A stretch of DNA of 64,000 bases from Lama guanicoe (taxonomy: Eukaryota), in assembly GCA_013239625.1 (NCBI GenBank), contig MU053513.1:2096927-2160926 (forward strand). The letters are read 5' to 3'. The notes beneath the pieces are model-generated. The model was not told the origin of the DNA and made no database searches. It was given only the letters and a program-made list of their open reading frames with translations. Numbering within the stretch: position 1 is the first letter of the stretch; each line of letters starts with the position of its first letter. This document shows, piece after piece, positions 1 to 13,673 of this stretch. Position numbers and translations under genes: made by a program.

Positions 1-2583
1 TATCACCCTGATACCAAAACCAGGCAAAGACTCTACCAATAAAGAGAATTATAGGCCAATATCACTGATGAACATAGACACCAAAATCCTCACCAAAATA
101 TTAGCAAATAGAATCCAACAGCACATAAAAAAACTGTACATCATGAACAAGAGGGGTTTATCCCAGGGACACAAGGATGGTACACATACACATATTAATC
201 AATGTAATACATCATATTAACAAGAGAAAGGAAAAAAACCACATGATCATCTCAATCGATGCAGAAAAAGCATCTGATAAAATTCAACACCCATTTATGA
301 TACAAACTCTCACCAAAGTGGGTATAAAGGGAACATATCTCAACATAAGAAAAGTTCTCTATGACAAACCTACAGCCAGCATAGCACTCAATGGTGAAAA
401 ACTCAAAAGCTTCCCACTAAAATCTGGGACAAGACAAGGTTGCCCACTATCACCACTCCTATTCAACATAGTCTTAGAAGTCCTAGCCACAGCAATCAGG
501 CAAGAGAGAGAAATAAAAGGGGTCCAAATTGGAAAAGAAGAGGTAAAAGTGTCACTATATGCTGATGACATGTTACTATATATAGAAAACCCTAAAAGGT
601 CCACACAAAAACTACTAGAGCTGATCGAAGAATTCAGCAAGGTAGTAGGTTACAAGATTAATGTTCAAAAATCAGTTGCATTTCTTTACACTAACGATGA
701 ATCAACAGAAAAAGAAAGTAAAGAAACAATCCCCTTTAAAATAGCACCCAAAGTAATAAAATACCTAGGAATAAATCTAACCAAGGAGGTGAAAGAATTA
801 TACACAGAAAACTATAAAACATTGATGAAGGAAATTAAAGAAGACTTTAAAAAATGGAAAGATATCCCATGCTCTTGGACTGGAAGAATCAATATTATTA
901 AAATGGTCACCCTGCTCAAGGCAATCTACAGATTTAATGCAACCCCTATCAAATTATCCAGGACATATTTCACAAAACTAGAACAAATCATAATAAAATG
1001 TATATGGAACCACAAAAGACCAAGAATTGCCAAAGCATTATTGAAGAAAAAGAAAGACGCTGGAGGAATAACTCTCCCAGACTTCAGACAATACTATAGA
1101 GCTACAGTCATCAAGACAGCATGGTATTGGTACAAAAACAGACATATAGACCAATGGAACAGAATAGAGAGAACAGAAATGAACCCACAAACTTTTGGTC
1201 AACTAATCTTCGATAAAGGAGGCAAGGATATACAATGGAATAAAGACACTCTCTTCAGGAAATGGTGTTGGGAAAACTGGACAGCAGCATGTAAATCAAT
1301 GAAGCTAGAACACCCCCTTACACCATATACAAAAATCAACTCAAAATGGATCAAAGACTTAAACATAAGACAAGATACAATAAACCTCCTAGAGGAAAAT
1401 ATAGGGAAAACATTATCTGACATACATCTCAAAAATGTTTTCCTAGAACAGTCTACTCAAGCAATAGAAATAAAAGCAAGAATAAACAAATGGGACCTAA
1501 TGAAACTTACAAACTTCTGCACAGCAAAGGAAACCATAAGTAAAACAAAAAGACAACCTACAGAATGGGAGAAAATTTTTGCAAATGAAACCGACAAACG
1601 CTTGATCTCCAGAATATATAAGCAGCTCATACGACTTAATAAGACAAAAACAAACAACCCCATCCAAAAATGGGCAGAAGACCTAAACAAGCAATTCTCC
1701 AAGGAAGACATACAAATGATCAATAGGCACATGAAAAAATGCTCAATATCACTAATTATCAGAGAAATGCAAATCAAAACTACAATGAGGTATCACCTCA
1801 CACCAGTCAGAATGGCCATCATTCAAAAGTCCACAAACGACAAATGCTGGAGAGGCTGTGGAGAAAAGGGAACCCTCCTTCACTGCTGGTGGGAATGCAT
1901 TTTGGTGCAGCCGCTGTGGAAAACAGTATGGAGAGTCCTCAAAAGACTAGGAATAGACTTACCGTATGACCCAGGAGTCCCGCTCCTGGGTGTAAGTCCA
2001 GAAGGAAGCCTACTTCAAAATGACACCTGCACCCCAATGTTCATAGCAGCACTATTTACAATAGCCAAGACATGGAAACAGCCTAAATGTCCATCAACAG
2101 ATGACTGGGTAAAGAAGATGTAATATATTTATACAATGGAATACCATTCAGCCATAAAAACCAACAACATAACACCATTTGCTGCAACGTTGATGTTCCT
2201 GGAGAATGTCATTCTAAGTGAAGTAAGCCAGAAAGAGAAGGAAAAATACCATATGAGATCACTCATATGCAGAAACTAAAGAAAGCAAAACATAAATACA
2301 AAACAGAAACAGACTCATAGACATAGAATACAAACTTGTGGTTGCCAAGGGGGCGGGGGGTGGGAGGGGACAGACTGGGATTTCAAAATGTAGAATAGAT
2401 GGACAGGATTATAGTGTATAGCACAGGGAAATATATACAAGATCTTACAGTAGCTCACAGAGAAGAAAATGAGACAATGAATATATATATGTTCATATAT
2501 GACTGAAAAATTGTGCTCTACACTGGAATTTGACACAGCATTGTAAAATGATTATAACTCAATAAAAAAGTTAAAAAAAAAAA
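1..2583 (+). mobile_element. LINE-1, 3' half (ORF2 RT and C-terminal domain, 3'UTR, poly-A), relatively young lineage-specific family; 5' part lies outside the window
   Basis: L1 ORF2 peptides ([36 protein letters not shown] at 558-569, [18 protein letters not shown]). G-rich 3'UTR tract at 2349-2369, AATAAA at 2561-2566, A-tail to 2583. Confidence 0.98.
2..2279 (+). pseudogene. Disabled L1 ORF2p: 1-nt frameshifts near 134 and 185, open 177-2120, premature TAA at 2121-2123, ancestral stop at 2277-2279
   Basis: Frame 2 from base 2 gives the L1 RT N-terminal motifs. The ORF track gives 648 aa. After the TAA the same frame continues YIYTMEYHSAIK...ILSEVSQKEKEKYHMRSLICRN*, the normal ORF2 C-terminus. 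Confidence 0.93.
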
Positions 2584-3157
2584 GAAAAATATCCTTTCTC
2601 ACCATGTTACTGGACTCTTGGGATGGAGAGGAAGTGAACATGAGTAAGTCAACTAGCCATCCTCGATCTGACTCAAATTTTTACTTAATATTAAACACTG
2701 GAAATAAAGGCCATTTCCAATTAGCTACTTAAAAGCAGGATTAAATGTAGTCATGATTAAATGTAGTCTTACTTCTGATTAAAAATATTATTTACAACTG
2801 AAAAATTTTATGATTTCATTTTATGGCTAGATAGTTTACTTGTGGATTTAAAAGTGAAAAAATAATAGTTATACCATGAAAAATAGGGCGTAATTCTGAA
2901 CCAAATTTGATCCCATTTATAAATAGTAAAATTAATACAGCATAAATTATTATATTTAGAGTAGTTTTATTATAACATGAATTGGCTTGTGTATTATAGT
3001 ATTTTAATAATGTATATTGTTGGTACCAGAAGTAAAGATTGTATTTAGTAAAATCTGTCAGTAGATTACTATTAAGTGGGTGAGATACTCAAAACAGGGC
3101 AGTTTAGCTCTTGCATTTGATATTTTGGATATATTACTTTCATAAAATTAAACTGAG

Positions 3158-3285
3158 TGGAGTGGGTATATAGCTCAGGGGTAGAGCACATGCTTAGCAT
3201 GCATGAGGTCTTGGGTTCAATCCTCAGTACCTCCATCAAAAATAAATTTTAAAAAAGGTAAAAAAATTAAAAATAAAAATAAAAC
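3158..3285 (+). mobile_element. tRNA-derived SINE (camelid vic-1-like)
   Basis: A box TAGCTCAGGGGTAGAGC, B box GGTTCAATCC, A-rich tail. TSD aaaattaaactgag (3144-3157) / aaaataaaactgag (3286-3299). Confidence 0.9.
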
Positions 3286-4161
3286 AAAATAAAACTGAGA
3301 CTTTACAATGTGTAAGTGTGTGTTTCTGTTTTTGTTCTCTTCTGCTCTGACTCCTAATAATGGATATTTGGACTGAACTTAACCTAGTTAGGCTTCCAAT
3401 GACCTCTGCTTATTAAGCAGCCTCTAGACTTTATTTTGTCTTCTGAATTACATGACCTGAAATGGGTCATTAAAAGATTCTGAGTTCCATTTCTTGACTG
3501 GTTGCCTGCTACAGGAGATATCTGAAGTGCCATCAATTTCTGCATGAACAGTTTCAAGGCAGGTGTGTAAAACGCTGACAGTCACTGTGGGTTCCTGGGT
3601 GCTGTATGCTCTAACCTTCTCAGAGAACCACTGTCTCATTTCATATTTACATTCTGTATAGTCCTTGACAAAACACTGCCTTTGCAAGTTTAAGTTAATT
3701 TAAAAAACTGTAGTTTTCAAATGGTACAGGAAGATAAATGTGGCACTTCTCAACCTAAAACTGCAAATGTTTCTTTGCATTTATGACTCATTCTGAATGT
3801 GTTCACATAGTTTTTTTGGCATTTAAAAAATATATAATCAATGTGTTATCACATGTTTTGTTTTTTTCTACCGTCATACATAGATCATTTTATTAAATTA
3901 TTTACATTTTGATATTATATTTTGATTAGAATTGAACTTTGAGTCTTAAATATTACAGTCAGGAGCAAGACTTATGTTGGCTTTCATTCAACTTGTCCTT
4001 TATTCCTCCCATTAAGGTTTGGTATTTTAGTGCTATATTAGTGCCATATTAGCTTAAATTGTAGATGTTTATTATTTTCATTGATAGAGTAAGTGGGATC
4101 CTTTTTTTCTTCATTTTTTCTCATTTTACGACCACTCACTTTACTACATTTCCTAATGGTT

Positions 4162-4535
4162 TGTTATAGACTAAACTGTGTCCTCTCCCCAAATACACAG
4201 GTTGAAGCCCTAACCCCAGTGTGACTATTTGGAGACAGGGCCCTTAGGGAAGTAACTAAGGTCAGATGAGTACAGAAGAGTGGGGCCCTAACCTGAGAGG
4301 ACCAGTGTCTTTACAAGAAGAGGAGGGACATCAGAGAGCCCCTCCTCCGCGATGTGAGATACAAGAAGGCAGCCCTCTAAAAGCCAGGAAGAGAGGCTGC
4401 AACAGAAACCAACCCCAGTGACACCTTGATCTTGAACTTCCAGCCTCCAGAACTGTGAGAAAATACATTTCTGTTGTTTAAACCCCACACCCAGTCTGTG
4501 GTTCTTTGTTATGGCAGCCCGAGCAGGCTCAGACA
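4162..4535 (+). mobile_element. MaLR solo LTR (MLT1A-like)
   Basis: TG...CA ends. Diagnostic motifs gttgaagccctaacccc and caccttgatcttgaacttccagcctccagaactgtgagaaaatacatttctgttgtttaa. Degenerate 5-bp flanks tggtt/tagct. Confidence 0.88.
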
Positions 4536-5224
4536 TAGCTTTTTTAGTAAAACTGGATTTCTAGCTATAGAAAGTTTGCAATGGTGATGTTTTTCTCTCT
4601 TTATTCCTCTATCAATCCCCCTTTTTTTGGACTCATTACAATGGCAGGAATCTAATAACATAGAAAGCTCCGGTACAAGAAAGTGGACCTCTGCTTTGTT
4701 TCCAAATGTCTGGAATATGTCTTTGTTAAGTATAATGACAATTTTTAAGTAAATCTTATCACAAAAGAATCATTTTATATTTAAAGTTTTATTCTTCAAA
4801 AAAATCTAGATGGATGTACATTTCTATCAAATGTCTTTTTGAGCAGCCTATTCATATGTTCATCACGATTTTTAAAAATCATGCTGCTGATATTTATCAT
4901 AATAATGGTTTTTTCCACATGGTACTAAATTGTGTTCTAGGGATAAACTTTATTTAGTTATGGCAAATGAACTGATGAATATATTCATTTATTTTCTTTG
5001 CATTTCTTTTCTTTAGTCTCATCAGTGAGCTGTCTGTACAAGAGGCTTACTTTCAGCAATAAACTTAGCAAAATTTAGGCTCAAGATGACAGATGCCTCG
5101 AGAATCCTGTGACGTTGGATTATTATTACTGTTAACAATAAAAAAAATATTATCATTACTGTTAACAATAACATCACACCAAATAGGGTATGAGGGCTGG
5201 AAGATCTCTTAGAGAACATCTCAT

Positions 5225-5330
5225 ATCCAATATTAACTAACTCTTGGCTAACAGTTGAAGAAACTGAGGCTGCAAAATGTGAATAATTTGTTCAAGAGCC
5301 CACAGATAGTTGGTGGCATAAAACAGAATT
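5225..5330 (-). mobile_element. MIR fragment
   Basis: gaagaaactgaggctgc...ttgttcaagagcccacagatagttggtggc is the reverse MIR core. Confidence 0.6.
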
Positions 5331-5834
5331 AAAACATATAAAAATGTGTTGTAAGCTCTTAAAGGGATAGCAATATTGAAACCAAATAGTCATTGCCAGC
5401 ATTTCCCCCAGTCTTACTTTTGTGCACAACCTCCAAGCACAGACGAAAGAATGACCAAGGACTTAGGAAACAGGTCTTACAAAAAAATTTAAGAGGAACT
5501 GGGTTCATCTAATTTGTCTAGTCTTCTCATTATGTTGTATCCACATCAGCACGTAATTTATCTCCCTTAATAAAATGAGAGTTACTCTTAGATAATAGAG
5601 TGTAGAGTTTAGCTGAATACATATAAGAGGGAATGCTGAGTGTCCTAGGTGATAACAACTGGGAAATACTGGTAAGGATGAGACAGAATTACCTGGGGAC
5701 ACCAAAAGTTCATGAGCATTTGTTCAGGAGCTGAAGAAGGATGGTTCAGAATTCCTACTTCAGAATTCTGTTAAGCAAACCTCTGAAAGAGTCAAGGATG
5801 CCATCCTACTGAGGACTCAGCAAAGACATTTTAT

Positions 5835-5990
5835 AAGTGCCTGTTTGCCTTATCTGTCTCACCCTCCAGGACAGGATGTCTCTGAAAGCAAGGACTCTGG
5901 GTTGTTCTTTGCAGCCTCTGGTGCTGAGCACAGCGTCTCGTACAAACTTGGCTAGAGTTAAGTATTTGTGGAAGAAATAAATGGATGGCT
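5835..5990 (+). mobile_element. L2 3' end
   Basis: agcaaggact...agcacagcgtct...agtatttgtggaagaaataaatggatgg, a typical L2 terminus. Confidence 0.65.
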
Positions 5991-6167
5991 GACATCTGAG
6001 CTAAACTGAATCTCTCGCTTAAGAAAGAGAGAATTTACTTTATTAATGTTCTGGGAGGACTTGAATCTTAAAGCATGAGAAGCATTAAATTGAAAAGTGG
6101 AGTTCGGATTTTAATTTCACCTCTCCCATGTCCTCAGTCTAAATCTCAGCCATAATAAATCTGTTGA

Positions 6168-6266
6168 TGGGGGTGGGGAATTTAGCTCAGTGGCAGAGTG
6201 TGTGCTAACATGCATGAGGTCCTGGGTTCAATCCCCAGCACCTCTATTTAAATCAATCAATCAGTC
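6168..6266 (+). mobile_element. tRNA-derived SINE (vic-1-like) inserted in an L2
   Basis: TAGCTCAGTGGCAGAG A box, GGTTCAATCCCC B box, (AATC)n tail. TSD aataaatctgttga (6154-6167) / aatcaatctggtga (6267-6280). Confidence 0.9.
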
Positions 6267-6280
6267 AATCAATCTGGTGA

Positions 6281-6620
6281 CTCCTGACCATACAACATTC
6301 TTTTACCTCCATGCTCTCTCTGGCTAGAATGCTTTGGTCTCCATTCTTCACTCAGCTAATTTCTATTTTTCCTTCCTAACTCAGCTCAAGGATGCCTCCT
6401 CCTGGAGACTTTCCCTGACCTTCTTAGAGGGTCCTGCCCTTGTGACACACCTCTAACTTGACAGTACTTGGGACTCAGTCCTGTTGAGTTACCTGTCTGT
6501 CAGCACCACTAGTCAGTGCTTTCCTTGCAGGCAGGATCGTGTCTTAACCGAGCTTGTACCACAGTGCTTAGCACGGTGCCTGGTACAGCAGAGATGCTCC
6601 GTAAACACTTGTTGATTAAG
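6281..6620 (+). mobile_element. L2 3' region
   Basis: ctcagctcaaggatgcctcctcctggagactttccctgacc ... cagtgcttagcacggtgcctggtacagcagagatgctccgtaaacacttgttga. Confidence 0.75.
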
Positions 6621-6709
6621 TGCTCCCAATTTTCCATCGAGGCTTAACACAATATGTTACACAGCAAATATTTGAGAAACTGAACGGACATCCTCCAGAT
6701 ACACAGAGG

Positions 6710-6950
6710 CGGGAGCGGGCAGAGCACAGCTGGCTGGAACTGCAGGCTCCTGAGACAGTCACTGGAGCTGGACTTGCTACATCACGTGCCGGCTCTGTGA
6801 CCTCAGGAAGTTATGTATCTTCTCTAAACCTCAGTTTCTAGTCTGTAAAACTCTAGTCCATAACGACGTGGGGGTTTGGGAGGACTGACTGTGAAATGCT
6901 TAGTACAGTATCAGATACTCGGCAAGTGCTTTAAAAATGAGCTACTGATG
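6710..6950 (+). mobile_element. MIR
   Basis: ctctgtgacctcaggaagttat...ctctaaacctcagtttctagtctgtaaaa core. Confidence 0.75.
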
Positions 6951-8639
6951 ATGACGTGAAGCCCTGAGAACTCTAGGCTCAGGTTTTGCCCATTACTGCA
7001 CTTTCCTTCCAGTCTCGAGGGCTGAGATGTGGAGAACCCAGCAGTTCCTTTTCCCCCACCTTCACCCAGTTTTATTGAGATGTAACCGACCCCCACACTG
7101 TACACTGTTCCTGGCGGTTGTTTTCACCACCCCAGCCCTGTTGGGAAGATGCCAGAGAGAAGCCGCCTTGCAGCCATCACATCTCAGCCGGCCTGTTCAG
7201 TGCCTGCCTTCTGAACAGTTTCCAGCACTCTTTACTCTGTGGGCTCATTGGGAGCCTTCAGGATGCTGTCATTAATAATTATTAGTTCCTTGGAACCCTG
7301 CAAGCTGTTGACATGCTACGGAAACAGAAAACCCAGTCTTCCCACAGCGAACGGTCACATGTGTTTCAGACTCCTTTGGTTTCCAAGGCCTGTGTGAAAT
7401 GCATACTTTAAAAGCACTGACCCAGATTGGTTATTTTATGCTTTTTAGGCTCATGTCATATAACAGTTATAATCTGAGTAATGCCGTGCAACGAGAGCAC
7501 AGAGAGCAGACGGCATGACCCACAGCGTCTCCTACCTTCCTTGTTTATGTCCTTACGCTTATTTTGTTTTTCAAATTTCAGCTTGGACGCCTTGCCTATT
7601 CTTTAAAAACAGGTGGGCCTCCTGAAGCCCACGTGTCTTAGTTACGGAGACAAGGAAACCGCTAGTTAAGTCATAAATTCATGACGTAGAGCATGCCCCT
7701 CCAGCCTCAGACTGACTACATTTGCAGGGTCTCCTGCTGGCACCAGGAAGATTACTGGGATCACTGGACACAAAGGATTCTAACTGGTCCTTTGTTTGCA
7801 GAGTATGCAGAGTACAGCCCCCGGGAATCTCTGATGCTAACCTGTAGGGCTTCTCAATCCAAAGGACAAATAATTCTACTGTCACCTGCTGTCTACAGAG
7901 AAAGGAAGCAAGAAACCTGAAGCTTCTCCTTCTCAGGGGTCTGTGATAATAATGGTGATTAGTGCCTCTGCAAACCACAGTGGGCAGGTCTCCAGAGAGG
8001 AGGCTGAAGATGCCAAATGGATCCACGGCACTTATCCGGTAGGGAGACAGCCAGCTGACGCTCCCTACCAGGGCGCACCCAGAGCCAGGGATCTCTGCCA
8101 TACCCGACCCCTCCTGTCTAATCACTGGTCCTTCTCAGCTGGGTCACCCTGGGCCCACCAAGGTCAAAAGGCACGTGGCATGTTCAGACCACAAGACGGA
8201 GGGGTGGGGAGAGGGGGTGGACAATGAGGCATTAGTGGTTGTGACCGGGGAGCAAAATTAAGGAACATGGTTTTTACTGCAATGTGTTCTCTCTTGTACC
8301 TGCTGTGGTGTGTTTTGGCCAAGAACTCCCAGGATGGTGAAAGCACGTCCCCCCATCCAGACGAGCAGCCAGAAGAATAACCCGCCTCAAATACTGTCGA
8401 TCGCACCTCTTCTCTGTTCAAACCTGTGGCCGTTTACTGTCCTAAGACATCTTAAACTCCCCTCTGCCTAGAGATGCTCAGGACTTCTGACGCTTCAATT
8501 GCATCAACCTAGTCATTGTCGCCTTTGCAGCTCCATCATCGTCCCTGGAGAGCGTCCTCAGTTTTGCATACTTTTTCATGTACTTTCACTTCAGTTCATA
8601 TGCTGACTTTGCCCCAGTTTCTTCATCAATGCAACCTTG

Positions 8640-9500
8640 CTTTAACACACACCTCTAATTAATCAGACACCTCCCTCAAACACTATTATACTGCTTCACA
8701 GGTAGTGTTAAGATCCTCAGGACAGTATATTCCCAGATCCTATCTCTTCTCCATTGTGCTCACACATTTCATTCTTTTTTTCCATTTTACAATTTACATT
8801 GTTGTGCATTTTATTTTTACAGATGCTATAAACACACAGTACATGCCTGTTGATTTTACTTTAGTTTTCTTTTTCAGTAATTAAAAATAAGAAAAAAAAT
8901 TTCCTTTAATGTTTCTTGAATTGTAGGTGCTGGCAGTGAATTCTCTCAGTTTTTGTTTGTCTGAGGAAGTCCACTTCCTCATTTTTGGAGGGTATTTTCA
9001 CTCGGTACGGAATTCGTTGCTGCCCCCGCCCCCCTTTGTTTTTTCACTTCATTACTTTAAAGATGTCACTTCATTGTCTTCTGTCTTGTAAGTTTTTTGA
9101 CAGAAGTGTGCTATGGTTCTTATCTTTGGTCCCTTGCATATATTGGCTGCCTTCAAGATTTCCTCTTTGTTTCTGTTCAACTATTATACGCTTAGACGTT
9201 GTGTATTTTTGTATTTACCCTGCTTGGTGTTCTCTGAGCTTCTTAGATCTGTGGTTTGGTGTTCATCATTAATCTTTGGAAAATCATTTCTTCAATTTAA
9301 ATTAAATTTAAATTCTTCTGCCCTATTCTCTCTCCTTCCCTTTCTGGGATTCAAATAACATACATGGTCGATTATTTGGTGTGCACAGTTCTGTGGGGTT
9401 TTTTTGTTTGTTTTCCACTGTTGTTCCCCTCTGTGTTTCACTTTGAGTAATTTCTATTGGAACTATCTTGCAGTTTTCTAATTCTGTCCTTGTGTTGAAT
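8640..9500 (-). mobile_element. Old L1M fragment (ORF1-region relic)
   Basis: gaattctctcagtttttgtttgtctgag...attactttaaagatgtcacttcattgtcttctg, typical reverse-strand L1M text. Confidence 0.7.
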
Positions 9501-9559
9501 AAATTTTTTTCATAATTTTCAGAAAAAGAACATAATAGAACAACATGATAAGTGTTATC

Positions 9560-10430
9560 AAGGAGGAGGCATTTACAAGTTGCTGGAGGAATGCAAGAAG
9601 AAAGTTTTACAGAGATCGTGACATTCAGGTTAAGTCTTAAAGAATAAGTAGGAATTCTCCAAGGGTAAAATGTGTGCAAAGTAACATCTTTTACAAAAGC
9701 TCAAAGGTAGGAAACTGTATCCCCCACTTAAGGAACCACTAGTATATCAACGGAGTCAGCAAGGAACATGGTAGAGTAGCCCTAAGTTCATGCTAAGGAA
9801 TCCTCACTTTTACTCAAGAAGGAAAAGAAAAGCAATGAAAGATTTTTAGGCAGTTGAGTGACATACGTATTGCCCATGAGGCATGGGGATATTGTCTGGA
9901 AAGGAGTGGGTTGGAAAAAGAGAAATCAGTGGGTTATTGTGGCAATGCCAGCAAGAAGGAAAGGGGGTGAGGGGCTAAATGAAAGCTGTAGCAGCAGGAA
10001 TACAGAGGAGGGGCCAATCCTAAGAGATATCCAGGAGTTAGGATGATGACAACTTGGTTTCTGATTAGAGGGTGGACTAGGGTGACTCCCCAGGAATCTC
10101 CTTAGGAGATGATATTGTCATGCTTTGAGGTAAGGATGTAGGATAGAAGCAGGGTTGAGGAAGGGCAGAGATTGTAAATTAGTCTTGGACAGACTGTATT
10201 AAATTGTCCATGGGACATCCAGGAAGAGATGATCCCAGTCTCGAGGAGTCTGTTATATGGGTCTGGGGCTTCCAGAGAGAATGAGGAAAAGAGAGGAGGG
10301 TCAAGAGAGAAACCAAGAATGACAATGCAAAGTCTGAGAGGAGAAACAGCCCCCAAAAGGTGAGGACAGGACATTCTCCGTATTCTGGGGGCAAGTGATT
10401 GTCACGTTACTTTGAGCACTCTGGTGGAGT
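9560..10430 (-). mobile_element. L2 fragment
   Basis: Purine-rich reverse L2 text (gtgacattcaggttaagtcttaaagaataagtagga; gatttttaggcagttgagtgacat; gtctggggcttccagagaga). Confidence 0.6.
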
Positions 10431-11139
10431 GACAGAGTTGCTTATTTCAGCTTTACTACAGAGCTAAAGCTACTTAATGGTACCACTTAATGAAAGGGGG
10501 ACTTCTGTTTATTTCTCACTTTATCCAAATTCCTTTTACATTGACTGACATTGTGCAACCTTTCTGGTAAACGCAACACCAAAAAGCCAATGGTTCTTCC
10601 GGAAAATGCAAGAGGAAAAACAAAAATAAAAGAGAAGCCCCATAGGAATATCTACACACAGCACTGATCAAGCCAGTAATAATTTTTAAAAAGTGAGACA
10701 GGTCTTTTCCTCGCATCGAGCGCACTGATGTTTTCACTTTGCAGCTTGGTTTTGCATCAGCTGTAGACACGGTTGGTTCCCTGTTCCCGGTCACTTGAAT
10801 GTGAGCATCTCAGAGCTGGCCTCAAACAACCTGCCCTCCCTCTTGATTTGTACTGAGTGAGCATGAGGAGAGAAGCAAGGAGCCTGAACTGTGTGGCTGC
10901 AGACTCTAAATCAAATTATCGTCCTGTTCCCTAATTATTGTTCAGCGTCTGGAGTCTCAAGTGACACAAACCAGTGGCGCCCTCTTTGAGTTTTCATGCA
11001 GCGCCAGAAGTCTGAGGCTGCGGTGAGCGTGTTAAAGCACCGGAGCATGACTTTTACTGCTATTTTTCTCATAAGAAACTTTGAAACACTAAAAAAAAAT
11101 TAAACATGAGCTGTTACAAAATCTCTAATAACTAAAACA

Positions 11140-11330
11140 GATAGTTCTTGATAGTTTACATTTGCATCCACGTCTTTCGCTTGAGCATAGCAACAACCTG
11201 GTGAAATAGATACCAACATGTTTTATCCATTTCCAAACATGAGAAAATAGAGGTTCAGAAGTTAAGTCATTAGGTTACACATACAGCAAGTGGCAGGGCT
11301 GAGAATCAATCTCAGGCTTCCAAACTGCAA
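11140..11330 (-). mobile_element. MIR
   Basis: caacaacctggtgaaatagata...catgagaaaatagaggttcagaagttaagt. Confidence 0.65.
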
Positions 11331-11929
11331 ACCACGTCTCCTTTGGATCTGTTTGGTTACTGCAGCCTCTCTGCGCAGCTGCATTCTACTGCGTGGGCAC
11401 AGGGGAAAGGCGGCTAGTGCAGCACTAAGGTGACCAGGTGGGACAGAGTTTCCTCACCCCACAGATTATCTACTGAACTATATCCCCAGGCAGGGACCTA
11501 GGAATCAGCCCTGAAGAACAGCGGAAAATTCAGTGCATCAAAAATATTTGTGACTTACAGAGACTGTAAAACAACAACAACAAACTTTTCTCACATTGAG
11601 CAGGCCCTGAGGAGAACGTAGATGGGACACAGAGCATCAAGACTGTAGGGAAGCACAGCTCTAAGACTGCTGGCTCTCATTTCTACCTGCTCCAGTATCA
11701 TTTCTTTTGCGGCATGGGTCACAGGTCTCCTGCAAGCAAGCCGTCGTCTCCTTTTCCTGCATTTATGGCTGACCCTGCTAGGCGACCAAGACGCTCTTTC
11801 TGATAGCGCTCACCTTGCCCACCTGCCTCAGCACAGCCTGTAGGTGGGCTACTGATCGAGTTCTGCATGCCAGGTGAAGTACTCCGGCATGCCGGCTTTA
11901 GGTCCACGGTCTGAACTGCCTCGTGTTAC

Positions 11930-12160
11930 GTCGCAGCACCAGGAGCACGAGGCTCTGGTCTGGCTTGAATCTCTATGGCTGCACAGTCTTGGCCGAGTAC
12001 TTTCAAGTCTTTCTCCAGCCTCAGCTTCCTCATCTCTAAAATGAGACTAATAATATCTTAAAGTACACCGTTGTTGAGAGGACTAAATGAGGTAATAAAC
12101 ATGAGCCATGTAACTCACTGTTTGGCACATAATAAGCACAAAGTAAACAGTGACTTTGCT
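11930..12160 (+). mobile_element. MIR
   Basis: agcctcagcttcctcatctctaaaatgagactaataata. Confidence 0.75.
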
Positions 12161-13359
12161 GTTGATGTTACAAAAGGCCCTTGTCAAAAGGAAAAGTGAT
12201 TCATTTTATTAATTGATAAAAAATGTCCTCACTAATATCATTAAAATCAATGAATCAGATAAATTTAGTGAATATTAAAAGATGTATTAACTGCTTTTTC
12301 AATGACAACTTTTAGGTCTCTCTGTGATATATTATCTCCTTAAAACAAACCTGTGCTTACCAAAAATAAAGCACATTTGGCAGGAATATTGTTAAACCTG
12401 ATACCTTTTTGTTTCCTTCTCTTGGTTCTTAGAAAGAGCACGACCTCAATTAGCGTCAAAGCACTAAATTGCAACGTAACAGAGAAGAACTTTAATCCAA
12501 CAGGAAATTCTTACTTGGAGGATTTCTCGATAACCATTTGGAGGATTTATTCATCACTTTACTACCAAGCGAGGTCAAGAGGGAAAAATAAAAGCAAGCC
12601 CAAGGGCATTTTGCGTAGCTAAGGAAACAAAACTGGGGACTGTTCAAGGACAAGTTTCCCACAATTTTTCTAGAGTGGTCTGGGTTTTAAAAGAGCTATG
12701 CATACCCATTTTGAAGTATCATGAGATACTATTAAGAATGGCAGGCAAACAAGAGGCTAAAACTAAATTCTGTATTTTTGGCACATGCTTTGGTAAAGAA
12801 ACCAATCTAATTTCAGACGAGTGTTTACAGACTTTGAGCTAAAATTAATTCAGCTGAAAAATGATGGTGTGCTAAATGGAAATTTCAGAAATAACACATT
12901 TACCCAATGTATGTATTTTATGGGCTGAGAGTTTATTGGGCATATTTTCGATATTAGTTGGAATAAAATAGACTTTTCTGATATACTGACTACAGTGTAA
13001 TGTTTAAGATTCAGAAGTTATTTCAGAAATAAAAAATATACTTGCTTCATCAAAAGCATTTACAGTTTACTTCAGAGAGTACAAGAATAAATTCTGAATA
13101 ATGATCCGGCAACTAGATGACTATCTGTTAAGGATTTCTATTCAATCATATGTTTATTTTTTATTCACTCTTTAATTCAACAAATATTACTGTATCACTA
13201 TATGGCAGGTGCTAAAATTATAATGATGGATTATAATGATGGATTAACTCAAGGAATTTAACAGTTAAAGTACTGAGAAGACAAATTCTATACTGAACGA
13301 AAGGTTACACCAAATGATATCTAAGATCTCTCATTTTTAAGCCTATGTCTCAACTATAA

Positions 13360-13656
13360 AATATTAAAAAATGATAGTATCCAATGCTGGCAGGAGCTCA
13401 GTGAGCTGGGAACTTGCTGTACACAACTGGCGGGAGTATAAACTATTATAAGCTTATCTGGAAAGTAATTTTGCCATAGGTATCAAGAATCTAAAAAAAA
13501 ACCCCAGAAATTTCACTCCTTGGAAGCATAATTAAAAGTGTGGACATGAATAGAGGTAAAAACTTGAAAACCTAAATATCAAATAACAACAACAAAAAAC
13601 CCTAGGCAAATGAGAGAGATTTCCTACAATAGAATATAAGGCAGTCCTAAAATGGT
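13360..13656 (+). mobile_element. Old L1ME-type 3' fragment, interrupted by the younger L1 at 13674
   Basis: gatagtatccaatgctggcagg...ctggcgggagtataaac...tctggaaagtaattttgcc. Confidence 0.55.
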
Positions 13657-13673
13657 GTTTATGTGGAAATTTC

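Noticed and set aside
177..2123. Functional or domesticated reverse transcriptase gene
   Set aside because: The starting ATG is created by a frameshift inside the RT domain, there is another frameshift upstream and the C-terminus has a premature stop. It is ordinary L1 ORF2.
2349..2369. G-quadruplex-capable tract
   Set aside because: It is real but is a well-known feature of L1 3'UTRs.
3158..3240. tRNA gene (likewise at 6168 and 25582)
   Set aside because: A and B boxes are present, but the stems are degenerate and the elements have A-rich tails and TSDs, so they are SINEs.
5119..5171. 23-bp direct repeat (similar short ones near 2739-2768 and 13218-13246)
   Set aside because: These are common slippage micro-duplications with nothing suggesting function.
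7679..8421. Cluster of 75-148 aa ORFs
   Set aside because: No homology recognised, and the ORFs overlap on both strands, as expected for random ORFs.
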